A DNA stretch of 64,000 nt from a virus: IMG/VR virus record IMGVR_UViG_3300045988_115054, positions 61,443 through 125,442 of that record. One strand, given 5' to 3'. The notes under the pieces are model-generated. The model ran no database searches. It was not told the DNA's origin and saw nothing but the letters and a program-made list of their open reading frames with translations. This document shows positions 44,632 through 54,726 of the stretch, piece by piece. The translations under genes were made by a program, and so were the position numbers. Numbering within the stretch: position 1 is the stretch's first letter; each line of letters begins with the position of its first letter.

Positions 44632-45163
44632 ATTAATAAAACGCCCACGTTCTGATAACGATAAATATACTAAATATGATGTTGTGCTTGATAAAGAATA
44701 TACTGTAGAAGAATTTATTGATGCGATTGCAGATGGAAGAAATGGAACGCATGGTCAAATCACAATAAAAAATGATAAAAAAGCCATTGAATCACTTGTC
44801 TATAATATCGAGAGTATTGATTATAGACATTGTATACTTCAAAATGCTGAAGAAAAAATTAAACAAGTATGGGCAGATGGTAGCTGGTTAAAAATCAATT
44901 ATACTATCTTGCTTGAAAACAAAAAGGAAACACAAAAAGGTGCGCTCAGATTCATTGTTAAGAAACCAAATGGAGAAGAATCAGTGGTTGTTATTTTTAG
45001 GAACAAGTCAGATGGCACATATTCATTTGTTAATTTGACCAAAGAGCATATTTGTTCATGTAAATTTAAAACAATCGATGAAGCCATTCAGGATATGAAT
45101 GACCGACTAAAGAAAGGATTGATTGAGTCCTATGTTATGAAAGGAGAAAGAAATAGTGAGTGA
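44615..45163 (+). CDS. hypothetical protein
   Basis: This is a 182-aa ORF that overlaps the HTH gene by 17 nt. Confidence 0.45.
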   Translation: MIGMFKLIKRPRSDNDKYTKYDVVLDKEYTVEEFIDAIADGRNGTHGQITIKNDKKAIESLVYNIESIDYRHCILQNAEEKIKQVWADGSWLKINYTILLENKKETQKGALRFIVKKPNGEESVVVIFRNKSDGTYSFVNLTKEHICSCKFKTIDEAIQDMNDRLKKGLIESYVMKGERNSE

Positions 45164-45626
45164 CGTATTTCAGATTTATTTAGCAGGCGGTATGCAGGAT
45201 TTATCGTTTGAAGAGCAGAATGCTTGGAGAGAAAGAATTTGCAATCAAATTATTGCTATGCGTAGGATTCTTAATGTTAATATGAAAGAAGTTAATATTA
45301 TTAACCCTGTTGATTATTACAATTTTCAAACAGAGTTGCATGATACAGAAAAAGAAGTAATGAGATTTGATATAAATTTTGTTAGAAATAGTGATCTTGT
45401 TGTAGTAAATGCGAATGATCCGAAAAGCATTGGTACATCTATGGAGATTGCAATTGCATATGAACGTCATATTCCTGTACTGGTTTTGAATACAGAAAAG
45501 AAAAGATTACATGCTTGGTGGGTGCAAATGTCTGACAAGATATTTGACGATGAGAAAAAATTATGTACATATATATATGATTTTTATCTTAAGATGGGTC
45601 ATTGTAGTATTCGAGCATGGGTGTAA
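45156..45626 (+). CDS. nucleoside 2-deoxyribosyltransferase-like protein
   Basis: IYLAGGMQ... and DLVVVNANDPKSIGTSMEIAIAYERHIPVLVL follow the NDT-family pattern iYlAG......D.vva.ld....d.GT..EiG.A...g.Pv..l. Confidence 0.55.
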   Translation: MSDVFQIYLAGGMQDLSFEEQNAWRERICNQIIAMRRILNVNMKEVNIINPVDYYNFQTELHDTEKEVMRFDINFVRNSDLVVVNANDPKSIGTSMEIAIAYERHIPVLVLNTEKKRLHAWWVQMSDKIFDDEKKLCTYIYDFYLKMGHCSIRAWV

Positions 45627-45787
45627 ATGCAATGATATAAAATAGGGATTTGAGGCGAAATGAAAGGAGTTGAAACATTATCACGGCAGAAAAACAAGGT
45701 AAGTTTATTATTTTCCATCTGGATGATGGTAAAACTTGCAAATATGATTTATCAAATGGTGATTGCTATGGCAAGAGCGGCAGGAAA

Positions 45788-46822
45788 GTGAAAGCTTTGA
45801 ACAATATTCTGTCTGGACATTCAGCTGATGAATTGGATAAATTGTTTGTGTCCGATCCACATTATGCAGAGTTTCTAAAATATGTAAATTGGCGAAGAAA
45901 TTGTGAAATGGGAAGAACTACATGGGGCTTCATTGATTATAATTTAGGAACTTTGTTTGAATATGCAAGTAAGTATTCTATGTGCGAGCAGTTCTTTGCT
46001 ATAGGGTTTACACACAAACAAGTCACAGAAGATTTCAAATATTCAATTAATGAAGTACCAAAATGGTTGAGAAATTATTGTCTTGGTGTGAAGAATAGAC
46101 GATTGTTAAGTAATGATTTTGTTGATTTTTATAAGATGTATCCAGATTATGTACAAACGATTTTACAGACAGAGTATATGACATTAACTAAAGAATATTT
46201 AATAAATTTCTTTGAGGATAATCATAGATATCGTTTTACGAAAATTTTGGAGGCTTTAAATCAGGATTATGGCTATAATCTTGCAGATGTGTTTGTTTAT
46301 ATAGATAGAATAATTACATTTGAAGCTGCTACCAATAGTATAAATTGGTTACTCGGAGAATTGCGTGATTATGCCCGTATGATGGACGCAATCAGTCATA
46401 AATTTGATAGATATCCAAGACATTTCAAAACAACAATGGATATTGTCACAAGAAATTACAAAAGATTACAAAAAGAATTTTCGGAAGAAGTCTTCAAGAA
46501 ACGTATTAATAAAGAATACGAATTTACATATAAAGATCTGAGATTCTTTTATCCAAATTGTACTCAAGATATTAAGGATGAAGCAGTGCAACAAAATAAT
46601 TGTGTAGCAAGTTACATAGATCGAGTCATTGATGGCGAATGTCATATCATGTTCTTGAGAAGAGTAAAAGAGCCAGACAAATCTTTAGTGACGATTGAAA
46701 TACAAAATGGACGAATAGTACAAGCACTGCAAAGATTCAATGATCCTCTAACCGCTGATCAACAAGAAGCGGTCGATGCATGGAATGAACATTTTAGCAA
46801 GAAAGGTAAGGTGGCAGCATGA
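45788..46822 (+). CDS. hypothetical protein (344 aa)
   Basis: This is a long ORF. The C-terminal block NCVASYIDRVIDGECHIMFLRRVKEPDKSLVTIEI is possibly PcfJ-like, but that is unverified. Confidence 0.5.
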   Translation: MKALNNILSGHSADELDKLFVSDPHYAEFLKYVNWRRNCEMGRTTWGFIDYNLGTLFEYASKYSMCEQFFAIGFTHKQVTEDFKYSINEVPKWLRNYCLGVKNRRLLSNDFVDFYKMYPDYVQTILQTEYMTLTKEYLINFFEDNHRYRFTKILEALNQDYGYNLADVFVYIDRIITFEAATNSINWLLGELRDYARMMDAISHKFDRYPRHFKTTMDIVTRNYKRLQKEFSEEVFKKRINKEYEFTYKDLRFFYPNCTQDIKDEAVQQNNCVASYIDRVIDGECHIMFLRRVKEPDKSLVTIEIQNGRIVQALQRFNDPLTADQQEAVDAWNEHFSKKGKVAA

Positions 46823-47358
46823 TCAATATTCATGAATTAACTACAGATCATAAGATTAAATTAAAGAAGCCAATGGGATGCTTCGATAATCTTGGCGAGG
46901 TATGTGAGATTGTTAAGATTGATACAGATGAAAATGTTATTAATTTTAGATTTGGTGTAGATGGAGTACATCTTGGCGTGATGTCAGGAGATGAATTGGA
47001 AAAATATTTTGATGTTATTGAACCAACTGTTATTCCTGATGACTATGAGTGGCATCCATATGGTTTTATTGAAGATAATCAGGTTATGTATCATGCTCTT
47101 AAGAATGGTAGTATTTCGATGGAGACTACATATGATGGAGATGGAACAATTTCTGTTGTGTATGAGCACCCTGAAAATCCTTATCGGCAAATTAAAAATG
47201 GGCAAAGAGGTAGGTTTTATTGTGAAGATTTGAAAGTAGCATTTTTTAAATTAAAGAAAACATACTATGACAAATTATATGAAGATATACAAGAAGAAGT
47301 CATGTTGGATTTTGTTAAAAATAAAGACAAATTAGAGCCAGTTGAAGTCAATGAATAG
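46819..47358 (+). CDS. hypothetical protein
   Basis: This is a 179-aa ORF whose start overlaps the upstream stop. Confidence 0.5.
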   Translation: MINIHELTTDHKIKLKKPMGCFDNLGEVCEIVKIDTDENVINFRFGVDGVHLGVMSGDELEKYFDVIEPTVIPDDYEWHPYGFIEDNQVMYHALKNGSISMETTYDGDGTISVVYEHPENPYRQIKNGQRGRFYCEDLKVAFFKLKKTYYDKLYEDIQEEVMLDFVKNKDKLEPVEVNE

Positions 47359-47367
47359 TAGGATGCA

Positions 47368-47571
47368 ATGATAGATAATGTTAAATTAACAATCAGAATA
47401 TTTTCAATTGCTGTGTGCGTATTGTTGTATGTAGCTGCTTGGGTTTGGTTCATAATTACTGCTCGTGATGACTCGGACAATTGGGATTCACCTGTCCATG
47501 CGGTATTTCTTTTCTGGATTATGTTACATGTAGTATTCTTAATTGAGCTAATTCTATGGGCTTGGTGCTAG
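47368..47571 (+). CDS. small two-TM membrane protein
   Basis: FSIAVCVLLYVAAWVWFII and VFLFWIMLHVVFLIELILWAW are hydrophobic helices. Confidence 0.4.
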   Translation: MIDNVKLTIRIFSIAVCVLLYVAAWVWFIITARDDSDNWDSPVHAVFLFWIMLHVVFLIELILWAWC

Positions 47572-47586
47572 AAAGAGGTGATAAAG

Positions 47587-47985
47587 ATGGGCGATTTCAA
47601 AGTTGGAGACGAAGTGTATTTTGCTTGGTACGGTGAACCATATACTGTTAAGTCTGGAATTATTACGGAGATTAAATGTCTTGGCGATCTAACATATATA
47701 ATGATACAAGACAGTATAACACATGGTTTATATATGGTTCTTTTAGAAGAGATATATCGCACTGAATCAGAAATAAAAGCGGTTCTAAAACGAGAGTTTT
47801 ATGGCAAGGTAAATGAGGTTAAAAAAGACATTCATACCTTAGAAGATTTGCTGAAATTTATGTATGACAATGGTCTCGTAGATTGGTCATCACCACATAT
47901 AAATGGTTGGCAGACAGATTGGGTAAGTCGTGTTGCAGTACGAGAACTGGCAAAAGAAATTTGCGGTATTGAGTTAGGAGAGTAA
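47587..47985 (+). CDS. hypothetical protein
   Basis: A GAAAGAGGTGATAAAGATG RBS and start precede the ORF. Confidence 0.45.
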   Translation: MGDFKVGDEVYFAWYGEPYTVKSGIITEIKCLGDLTYIMIQDSITHGLYMVLLEEIYRTESEIKAVLKREFYGKVNEVKKDIHTLEDLLKFMYDNGLVDWSSPHINGWQTDWVSRVAVRELAKEICGIELGE

Positions 47986-47990
47986 TGTAA

Positions 47991-48395
47991 ATGAACAAGC
48001 TTTATCAATACAATGGAATGTATTGTCGAGCACAAAACCAATGTGATAATAAATGGTTTGTCGGAGCATATATCGGTAATGAGTGGTTGTTATTCCCAAG
48101 ATGTGATAATGCTACTCTGTACGGATGTCAAATTAAGCCAGAGTCTATCTGTAGATCAACAGGCAGAGAAAATGAGTTTGAATATGATGTAGTACAGATG
48201 GTCGACGATGACGAAGACGTATATTTGATTATTTATAATGATGAAGATTTGGCGTGGCAGATGTTATCTGTTTATGGTTCTGATATGATTGATTTAGGAG
48301 AAATTAAACCAGATCAATATGTGAAACTTGGCAATATCAAAGAAGATGATTATTGGAGAAAGGAATGGGAAAGACAGAGTGAAAAAAGAAAATAA
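47991..48395 (+). CDS. hypothetical protein
   Basis: This is a 134-aa ORF. Confidence 0.45.
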   Translation: MNKLYQYNGMYCRAQNQCDNKWFVGAYIGNEWLLFPRCDNATLYGCQIKPESICRSTGRENEFEYDVVQMVDDDEDVYLIIYNDEDLAWQMLSVYGSDMIDLGEIKPDQYVKLGNIKEDDYWRKEWERQSEKRK

Positions 48396-48834
48396 TAAAG
48401 TATTTACATACGGGCAGTTAGAAGAATTAAGAGATAGTTTAGTAGTTCCAATGAGTGAGGTTGAATCAAATAAGCAAGATCATATACTTCGAAAATATTA
48501 TAACATATGTAGTTTACTTGATACGTTTCAACTGACGAAACCGCTAGTTGATGAACTAAAATGTCAGCCGATTGCAGCGAGATATTTTGTTTTTTCGCTA
48601 TGGAACGAATTGGTAAATTCGTGTATTAATGCTTGCGACACACTGACTGTGAACGACATAGAGAATCGAGATTCCAAAAACCTATTATCTACTAAAATCA
48701 ATGCGGCACAGTACATCCATGTATTAAATGATATGATTTCCGTAAATGATTATACAACAATTCAAGATGAGGCGTTGCAGTTTGCAATTGATACAATTAA
48801 GGAGAAATATAATGGAGAAAGAAAAGAAAAGTAA
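48375..48834 (+). CDS. hypothetical protein (start uncertain, possibly GTG)
   Basis: The ORF-track ATG at 48328 overlaps the previous gene. A GTG at 48375 is preceded by purine-rich GGAATGGGAAAG. Confidence 0.3.
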
Positions 48835-49045
48835 ATTACATACGCCAAAAGAAATTTTAAATGCACTGCATGTGATTCAGGATACGTGCGAATATTATCT
48901 TGTAAACGGATATGAAGATTGCAGAAAATGTCCTCTATGTACAATAGAAGAAGATTCTCCGACGTGTACGGTCACATGCTTTGAGCCTTATAATTGGAGT
49001 ATTGCAGATGATCCAGATACTACGTGGCGAGCATTTGAAAAGTAG
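48812..49045 (+). CDS. small Cys-rich protein (paralogue of 49051..49293)
   Basis: An AAGGAGAAATATAATG RBS and start are present. L..I..IC...K.SCGC...CP.. shares a Cys pattern with the next gene. Confidence 0.4.
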   Translation: MEKEKKSKLHTPKEILNALHVIQDTCEYYLVNGYEDCRKCPLCTIEEDSPTCTVTCFEPYNWSIADDPDTTWRAFEK

Positions 49046-49050
49046 GAGGT

Positions 49051-49293
49051 GTGTATATGTTTGATAAAAATTATGGAGAGTATACAGAAGAAGCAGTGGC
49101 TGTTGCATTAAAAACAATTCAAGATATTTGTGCTCTTAACAAAGATAGTTGTGGTTGTAGTAGTAAATGTCCGTTTTTAGAATTGTGGGACGGGGGAGCT
49201 AGGCAAATATGTCATATCTCCTATAATTATCCTGATGACTGGAAATTAAACCAATTTCCGCCTAAACAATGGGAGCCTTTTTACAAGGGATAA
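49051..49293 (+). CDS. small Cys-rich protein (paralogue)
   Basis: A GTAGGAGGTG RBS precedes the ORF. ALKTIQDICALNKDSCGCSSKCP parallels LNALHVIQDTCEYYLVNGYEDCRKCP. Confidence 0.4.
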   Translation: MYMFDKNYGEYTEEAVAVALKTIQDICALNKDSCGCSSKCPFLELWDGGARQICHISYNYPDDWKLNQFPPKQWEPFYKG

Positions 49294-49324
49294 ATTGCAT
49301 AAACACAAGTAAATAAAGGAGAAA

Positions 49325-49867
49325 ATGTCGTTGAAATTAAATGACGAACAGAGAAAATTAGTGGAACAAAATCATAATTTGATTTACTCTGCTATGACAA
49401 AATGCGGTATCCGCAGACAAGATTTTGATGACTATTATGGATTCGCTGCCATTGGGTTGTGTAAGGCAGCAATTGATTATGATGAAACACGATCTAAATC
49501 ATTTTCGACATATGCATATTTATGTATACAAAATGAGATAATGGTATATAACAAATATAGATTTCGGCAGAGAAGAAAAGGTGATATGAATACTATTTCA
49601 TATAATCATATGTTAGATGATTGGGATGAAGACAAAAATGAAAATTCATTTCTTTTAAAGGATGAAGAAAATTTTGAAAAAAATATTATTTTCAAGTTGA
49701 ATTTTCAAGATAAATGTTACACACTAAATAATAAGGACAGAATGATTGTTGATTTAAAATCAAAAGGTTATACATATCAAGAAATCGCAAAAATGTTTGG
49801 TACATCATTTCAAGCGATACAACAAAAGATTAAAAGAATGCGATCAACAACATTTTCCAGATTATAA
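49325..49867 (+). CDS. phage sigma-70 family sigma factor (paralogue of 42979..43512)
   Basis: The N-terminus MSLKLNDEQRKLVEQNHNLIYSAM parallels KLNDEQRKLIEDNYSLIWHLH in the first sigma. The region 4-like block is DLKSKGYTYQEIAKMFGTSFQAIQQKI. Confidence 0.65.
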   Translation: MSLKLNDEQRKLVEQNHNLIYSAMTKCGIRRQDFDDYYGFAAIGLCKAAIDYDETRSKSFSTYAYLCIQNEIMVYNKYRFRQRRKGDMNTISYNHMLDDWDEDKNENSFLLKDEENFEKNIIFKLNFQDKCYTLNNKDRMIVDLKSKGYTYQEIAKMFGTSFQAIQQKIKRMRSTTFSRL

Positions 49868-49903
49868 AAGTTGAATAACGCAAACAACTTTTATTATTTT
49901 TTT
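49868..49903 (+). terminator. rho-independent terminator
   Basis: The hairpin AAGTTG-aataacgcaaa-CAACTT is followed by TTATTATTTTTTT. Confidence 0.6.
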
Positions 49904-50078
49904 GACGCATTTGTTATAAACGTAATAGAACGATTATAACAATATAAGCCGATCAGATAAAATTATTTTTTGTTCCTGTTGGCTTTGGCAGAGTTGACAG
50001 TGGATATAAATTGATGACTTATTTACAAACTAAAAACTAACTAAACAAATTTAATAACAAGAGGAGGAATTCTATTTA

Positions 50079-51323
50079 ATGAATTTTGAAATGACAGGAA
50101 AGCTCAGCATTAGCAAGGACACAGAAAAATTTCACCCTTACAGTGAGACAAAATATGAAAAGTCAGGCTGGGTACGAAGAAGACTGTTATTTAATGTGAC
50201 ATGCGGTGACAGTAGACATATGTTAACTGTTGACGCAGGAAGTTTCGAAGATGGACACGGTGATGTCTATACATATTCCAAACCAGAATACGACTCAAGT
50301 GGTAAGAAAATCAAAGATGGAGAAAAAATTCAGATTCCTTTTAAAGACAGATTAACATCTCCAAAATTGGAAGAAGTATCAGATTTCAGAAAATTTGTTT
50401 TTGACCTAGAAAAACCAGGAAGAAGATACAAATTAAAAAATGCCTTAGAAAAAATCAAAGAAGGTAAAGATATTACGGATAAAGATCTTGCCGAAGTTGG
50501 ATTAACGTCCATAGATGAGCTTGAAAAAGAGTACGAAAAGAGCAAAAAGAGACATCATGAGTTTATCTCTGAATGGGATTACGCAGAATTTATCAAAAAA
50601 GTCATTGATAGTGGCAAATATGATGATTGCAATTTCCATATCAGAGGACGTGGAGATTATTCATATTCTGATGACAAAGAAAGATTTTATGAGAATCTAA
50701 TTCCTAACAGAATTTATCTCGCAGCAGATGATGATGAACCATATTCTACAGCAACAATGAGTTTTGTATTTGGAGCTGAGAGCTTAGACGAAACAAGTGT
50801 TGAGGAAGACGGTAAATATTACGTTAATGGATTTGTCTTTGAATACATCCAGAGCAGAAAGAAAAAATTAGCCGTTCCAACAACAGTTGTTATTCCAGTT
50901 CCTGATAAAGAAAAAGACGAAAGCGGATACAAGAAGGCTAATGGCTTAAAGAGAAAATTCATTGTCGACGATGAAGACAAATACATGGAATACGGCATTG
51001 TCGTAGATATGATCAATGGTTCTCAGCGTGTAGAACTTACAGAGGACATGCTCTCAGAAGAACAGAGAGATGATCTTGAATGTGGAATCATTACTATGGA
51101 AGAGATTCAAAAGGCGATTGGCGGAAGTGCTTATGGAGATAAAGTCAAAGAGTATCAGTTAATTAAGCCATCACGCAACGGTATTAAAGAGGGCGTTCAG
51201 GACACGGTTTATACAGCAGAAGATATGGAAGTACCTGCATTAGAGATTGACGAGAACGAAGATTTATTCTCAGAAGAATCAATCGATAATGATAATGATG
51301 ACGATGATGACTTATTCGATTAG
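50079..51323 (+). CDS. SSB-like protein with an acidic C-terminal tail (putative ssDNA-binding protein)
   Basis: MNFEMTGKLSISKDTEKF...GWVRRRLLFNV resembles an SSB OB-fold N-terminus. The extreme C-terminus DNDNDDDDDLFD resembles the SSB protein-interaction tip. A strong AGAGGAGGAA RBS is present. Confidence 0.45.
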   Translation: MNFEMTGKLSISKDTEKFHPYSETKYEKSGWVRRRLLFNVTCGDSRHMLTVDAGSFEDGHGDVYTYSKPEYDSSGKKIKDGEKIQIPFKDRLTSPKLEEVSDFRKFVFDLEKPGRRYKLKNALEKIKEGKDITDKDLAEVGLTSIDELEKEYEKSKKRHHEFISEWDYAEFIKKVIDSGKYDDCNFHIRGRGDYSYSDDKERFYENLIPNRIYLAADDDEPYSTATMSFVFGAESLDETSVEEDGKYYVNGFVFEYIQSRKKKLAVPTTVVIPVPDKEKDESGYKKANGLKRKFIVDDEDKYMEYGIVVDMINGSQRVELTEDMLSEEQRDDLECGIITMEEIQKAIGGSAYGDKVKEYQLIKPSRNGIKEGVQDTVYTAEDMEVPALEIDENEDLFSEESIDNDNDDDDDLFD

Positions 51324-51401
51324 AGTTTAGAGCTTTTAGCTCTTTACTCGCTTGATGATTTATAAAACAAAATACTGTCTTTAAAAGGAGAAATTATACA
51401 T

Positions 51402-52610
51402 ATGGAATTACCAGTAATTAACGAAATTAAACCAGATATTAAAAACCTGTCAATCTATCTTAGATCAATTAAAAAGTTCGGAAAAACTACATTGTTCAGA
51501 GATGTAATTGTTGCAAAATATGGAGATCCGTCATATGGACTTCTCGTACAGTGCGGATTCGAAAAAGGAACAAGGATGTTAGATAATATTAACACTCTGC
51601 GTATTACTTCATATGAAGATGCGGTAGAGTTAAAAGAATACTTAATTAACAAAAGAGTATTCAAAAGAGATAAGTCTGGCAAAATTGTTCGCAATGAAAA
51701 GAGAAAACCAGAATATGTTCCAGTAAAACACAATATTCAGATGGTTTGTTTTGATACCGTTGATGAAATTTGTCCATTATTTGAAGAAGAGACAATCAGG
51801 ATCAGCAATAAAGAAGGACAGAAAAAGTGTAAAACTATCAACGCTGCTATGGGTGGCTATCAGGCAGGACAGAGATATACAGCAGACATGATCAAAGCTT
51901 ACATGAGTGATATCGAAGATGCTGGCATTGGTGTTTGGGGAATTGCTCATACAAAATTCAAAACTATCAGAGAAAAAGGTGGCTTAGAAGAAGACGGATA
52001 CCAGCAGTTAACATCCAATCTTGTAAGTGCTTATGAATCTGCTTTTGGTGATATCTTTGATGTAACTTTCACTGGTGTAATTGACAGAAATGTTGAAGTC
52101 AGAGGTGAAGGTGATAAAGCTAAGAGATATGCTACAGATGAAATTAGAAAACTTTATTTCCGTGGAACAACATTAATTGACGCTGGTGGTAGATTTGCTT
52201 CTGATGCAGTTCCTGAATATATGGTATTTGACAAAGGAAATATGGGAGAAGATTTCATTGAAGTGGTAGAAGACGGAATGGAGAAATCTAAAACAGTTCT
52301 TTCTAAAAAAACTAAAAAGCCAACTCCTCAGCCAGAGCCAGAAGATGAGATCGAGGAAGACATCGATGATATTATTGAAGACGATATTACAGAAGCTGAC
52401 GAAGATTTAATGGAAGATGTCGTTGATGATATTGATGAAGATACATCAGACGATTATCCAGAAGATTTAAGAGAACATGTAAAAGAGTTATGTAAAACTT
52501 GTGAAGACGCAGAATTAAAAACAAAAGTCAAAGGAATCATTAAGCAGTATGGAAAACTTAGTGAAGTCGACGATGATGGGTTAAAAGAAATGTATGATCT
52601 GCTGAAATAG
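51402..52610 (+). CDS. putative RecA-fold/Sak4-like ATPase with an acidic C-terminal region
   Basis: The Walker A-like SIKKFGKTTL and Walker B-like QMVCFDTVDE motifs are both degenerate. Confidence 0.35.
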   Translation: MELPVINEIKPDIKNLSIYLRSIKKFGKTTLFRDVIVAKYGDPSYGLLVQCGFEKGTRMLDNINTLRITSYEDAVELKEYLINKRVFKRDKSGKIVRNEKRKPEYVPVKHNIQMVCFDTVDEICPLFEEETIRISNKEGQKKCKTINAAMGGYQAGQRYTADMIKAYMSDIEDAGIGVWGIAHTKFKTIREKGGLEEDGYQQLTSNLVSAYESAFGDIFDVTFTGVIDRNVEVRGEGDKAKRYATDEIRKLYFRGTTLIDAGGRFASDAVPEYMVFDKGNMGEDFIEVVEDGMEKSKTVLSKKTKKPTPQPEPEDEIEEDIDDIIEDDITEADEDLMEDVVDDIDEDTSDDYPEDLREHVKELCKTCEDAELKTKVKGIIKQYGKLSEVDDDGLKEMYDLLK

Positions 52611-52621
52611 GAGTCTGAGCA

Positions 52622-53158
52622 ATGCTTGTAAAATGTAGAATTTGCGGCAAAAAAGTAGACAGAAACGAAGCTTTTAAAGTAGCAGTAGAAGGTAAACCAA
52701 ATGCCTACTACTGCTCAGAAGCTGAGTATAACAAAATGATGGAGAACCGCAAAAATAGAAATGATACATATTATTGTATTTATGATATTTTCGGCTATAC
52801 GGTAACGAACACTGTATTAAATAAGGAAGTAAATGCTCTTGGCAAGATTTACGGATTTAAGCTGATATTAGAATACTTGCATGACAATCAAGAATATTTA
52901 ACAAGAATTGTTGGGAGAGAATACAATAGCGAATTTGCTAAGATTAAATATTTTTCAGCAATTTTAAAAAATAGTCTGGTTGATTATAGGGACTCAGACG
53001 ATGGAGTTCCACAGAGACAACAGACTATTGTTAAACATCATGTTGTAAGCAAGCAGATCAATGAAAATATCGGAGCTGAAAAAACTAAATACAAGAAGAA
53101 AAAGAAATCTCGTAGATGTATTAACGATATTTTGACGGAAGTTGGTGAGAAAGAATAG
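52622..53158 (+). CDS. zinc-ribbon containing protein
   Basis: CRICGKK...YYCSEAEY is a Cys4-like motif at the N-terminus. Confidence 0.45.
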   Translation: MLVKCRICGKKVDRNEAFKVAVEGKPNAYYCSEAEYNKMMENRKNRNDTYYCIYDIFGYTVTNTVLNKEVNALGKIYGFKLILEYLHDNQEYLTRIVGREYNSEFAKIKYFSAILKNSLVDYRDSDDGVPQRQQTIVKHHVVSKQINENIGAEKTKYKKKKKSRRCINDILTEVGEKE

Positions 53159-53214
53159 CAGATTTTGTTGCAGGAGTTAAAGACAAATATCCGTCAAAAT
53201 TATTAAAAGGTCGT

Positions 53215-54705
53215 ATGGAGGCAGAGGGAAATGTAATTAGTTGTTTCTTTAAAGATATGTTGCTTTTGGATGACACTACATTCGAACAACACGATTTCAT
53301 TACAAAAGATGGACTTTTTTACTTTTCTATGCTTAAAAAATTACGGGAACAGGGTTTCTATTCTCTGGATGAAATCACGATTTTATCCAACCTGTCTGAG
53401 AACGCTATAAAAAGATACACTGACATGGGAGGATGGGATTCTATTCAACATCAGATAGATATTATCAACACACAGAATTTTGATGTGTATATCGACATTC
53501 TGTATAGAGAAAACACTATGCTGAAGATGTATGATGATGGATTTAACCTGTTCAAAGAGATAGACATTGACGGCAAGAAAATCGTACCAGTAACACTTTT
53601 CAGAAGAATGACTGCCGAGGAAGTTACAGATTGGTATGATGCAAGACTAAGTACATATGGTACGGGATATTCCAGTAAGATTCTGGAAGAAGAAGAAATT
53701 GATTTTGATGATGATTTTATTGATTCCTGCGTGGAAGGTGAAGAAAATGGAGTTCCATTTGATGTGGCAGGGATTGATATTAATGGCGAAGAAATGAACT
53801 GCTTTCCGTTCTTATCCAGACAGATCATGGGTATTCTTGAGGGAACACTTACTATGATGGGTGGATTCAGTAGTGCAGGTAAATCAACATGGTTTATCAC
53901 TTTGCTTATGGCATTGCTGAATTATGATAGGAAAGTATTGATCATTTCAAACGAAGAAAAAGTAAAGAAATTTAAAGTCAAGTTTATGATTTGGCTTTTG
54001 GCGAAGCATAATCGTTATTTTAAGTTGACAAAAAAGAAAATGATGTCTGGACAGATTGATGATGCAAGCCGAAGAGAACTAAAAGACGTGCAACAGTTAT
54101 GGCGAGAACAGTATAAAGGCAGGGTAAAATTCTTACTTATCAATGATGCTGACATGACTGTTGTTAAAAAGAAAATCAGAGAGCATGTACTTCGCTATGG
54201 ATATGACACAGTGTTGTATGACACTTTTAAGATTCAAGAAGGAGATTTTAAAGGCAATCGTACTGACTTATCTTTGGTTCATGATAGTCGAGAGTTAGAT
54301 AAACTTGCAAAAAAATACAACATTATCATGCTGGCATCTGTGCAGTTAGCAGAGTATATGAGAGGAAGGCTATTTCTTGATAGTTCTGTTCTTTCAAACT
54401 CTAAGCAGATCAAAGAAGTATTAGAAAATCTTTTCTTGATGAGAACCGTGTATGATGAAGAGCTTGACGAAAAGAGCAAATTCTATTGCCGTCCATTTAG
54501 GCTAAAAAAAGTCAATGACAAATGGATTGAGGAAGAATATCATCCTGACCGAACTGCGGTATGGAGAGCTTTATTTGTTGAGAAATGTCGAAGCGGTTCA
54601 AACTCATCAGATACAGGAGTTGGTTATCTACTTAAATTCGATGGTGATCATTGTATCTTTAGAGAGGTTGCGCAGGCAAGATTTAAACATGGAGAGATTA
54701 AATAA
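53215..54705 (+). CDS. DnaB-like replicative DNA helicase
   Basis: The Walker A MMGGFSSAGKSTWFITL is present. The DnaB H4-like IIMLASVQLAEYMRGR and an N-terminal helical domain follow. The gene sits in a replication gene cluster. Confidence 0.65.
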   Translation: MEAEGNVISCFFKDMLLLDDTTFEQHDFITKDGLFYFSMLKKLREQGFYSLDEITILSNLSENAIKRYTDMGGWDSIQHQIDIINTQNFDVYIDILYRENTMLKMYDDGFNLFKEIDIDGKKIVPVTLFRRMTAEEVTDWYDARLSTYGTGYSSKILEEEEIDFDDDFIDSCVEGEENGVPFDVAGIDINGEEMNCFPFLSRQIMGILEGTLTMMGGFSSAGKSTWFITLLMALLNYDRKVLIISNEEKVKKFKVKFMIWLLAKHNRYFKLTKKKMMSGQIDDASRRELKDVQQLWREQYKGRVKFLLINDADMTVVKKKIREHVLRYGYDTVLYDTFKIQEGDFKGNRTDLSLVHDSRELDKLAKKYNIIMLASVQLAEYMRGRLFLDSSVLSNSKQIKEVLENLFLMRTVYDEELDEKSKFYCRPFRLKKVNDKWIEEEYHPDRTAVWRALFVEKCRSGSNSSDTGVGYLLKFDGDHCIFREVAQARFKHGEIK

Positions 54706-54726
54706 TTAAAATGTGCGGTGTGATAT

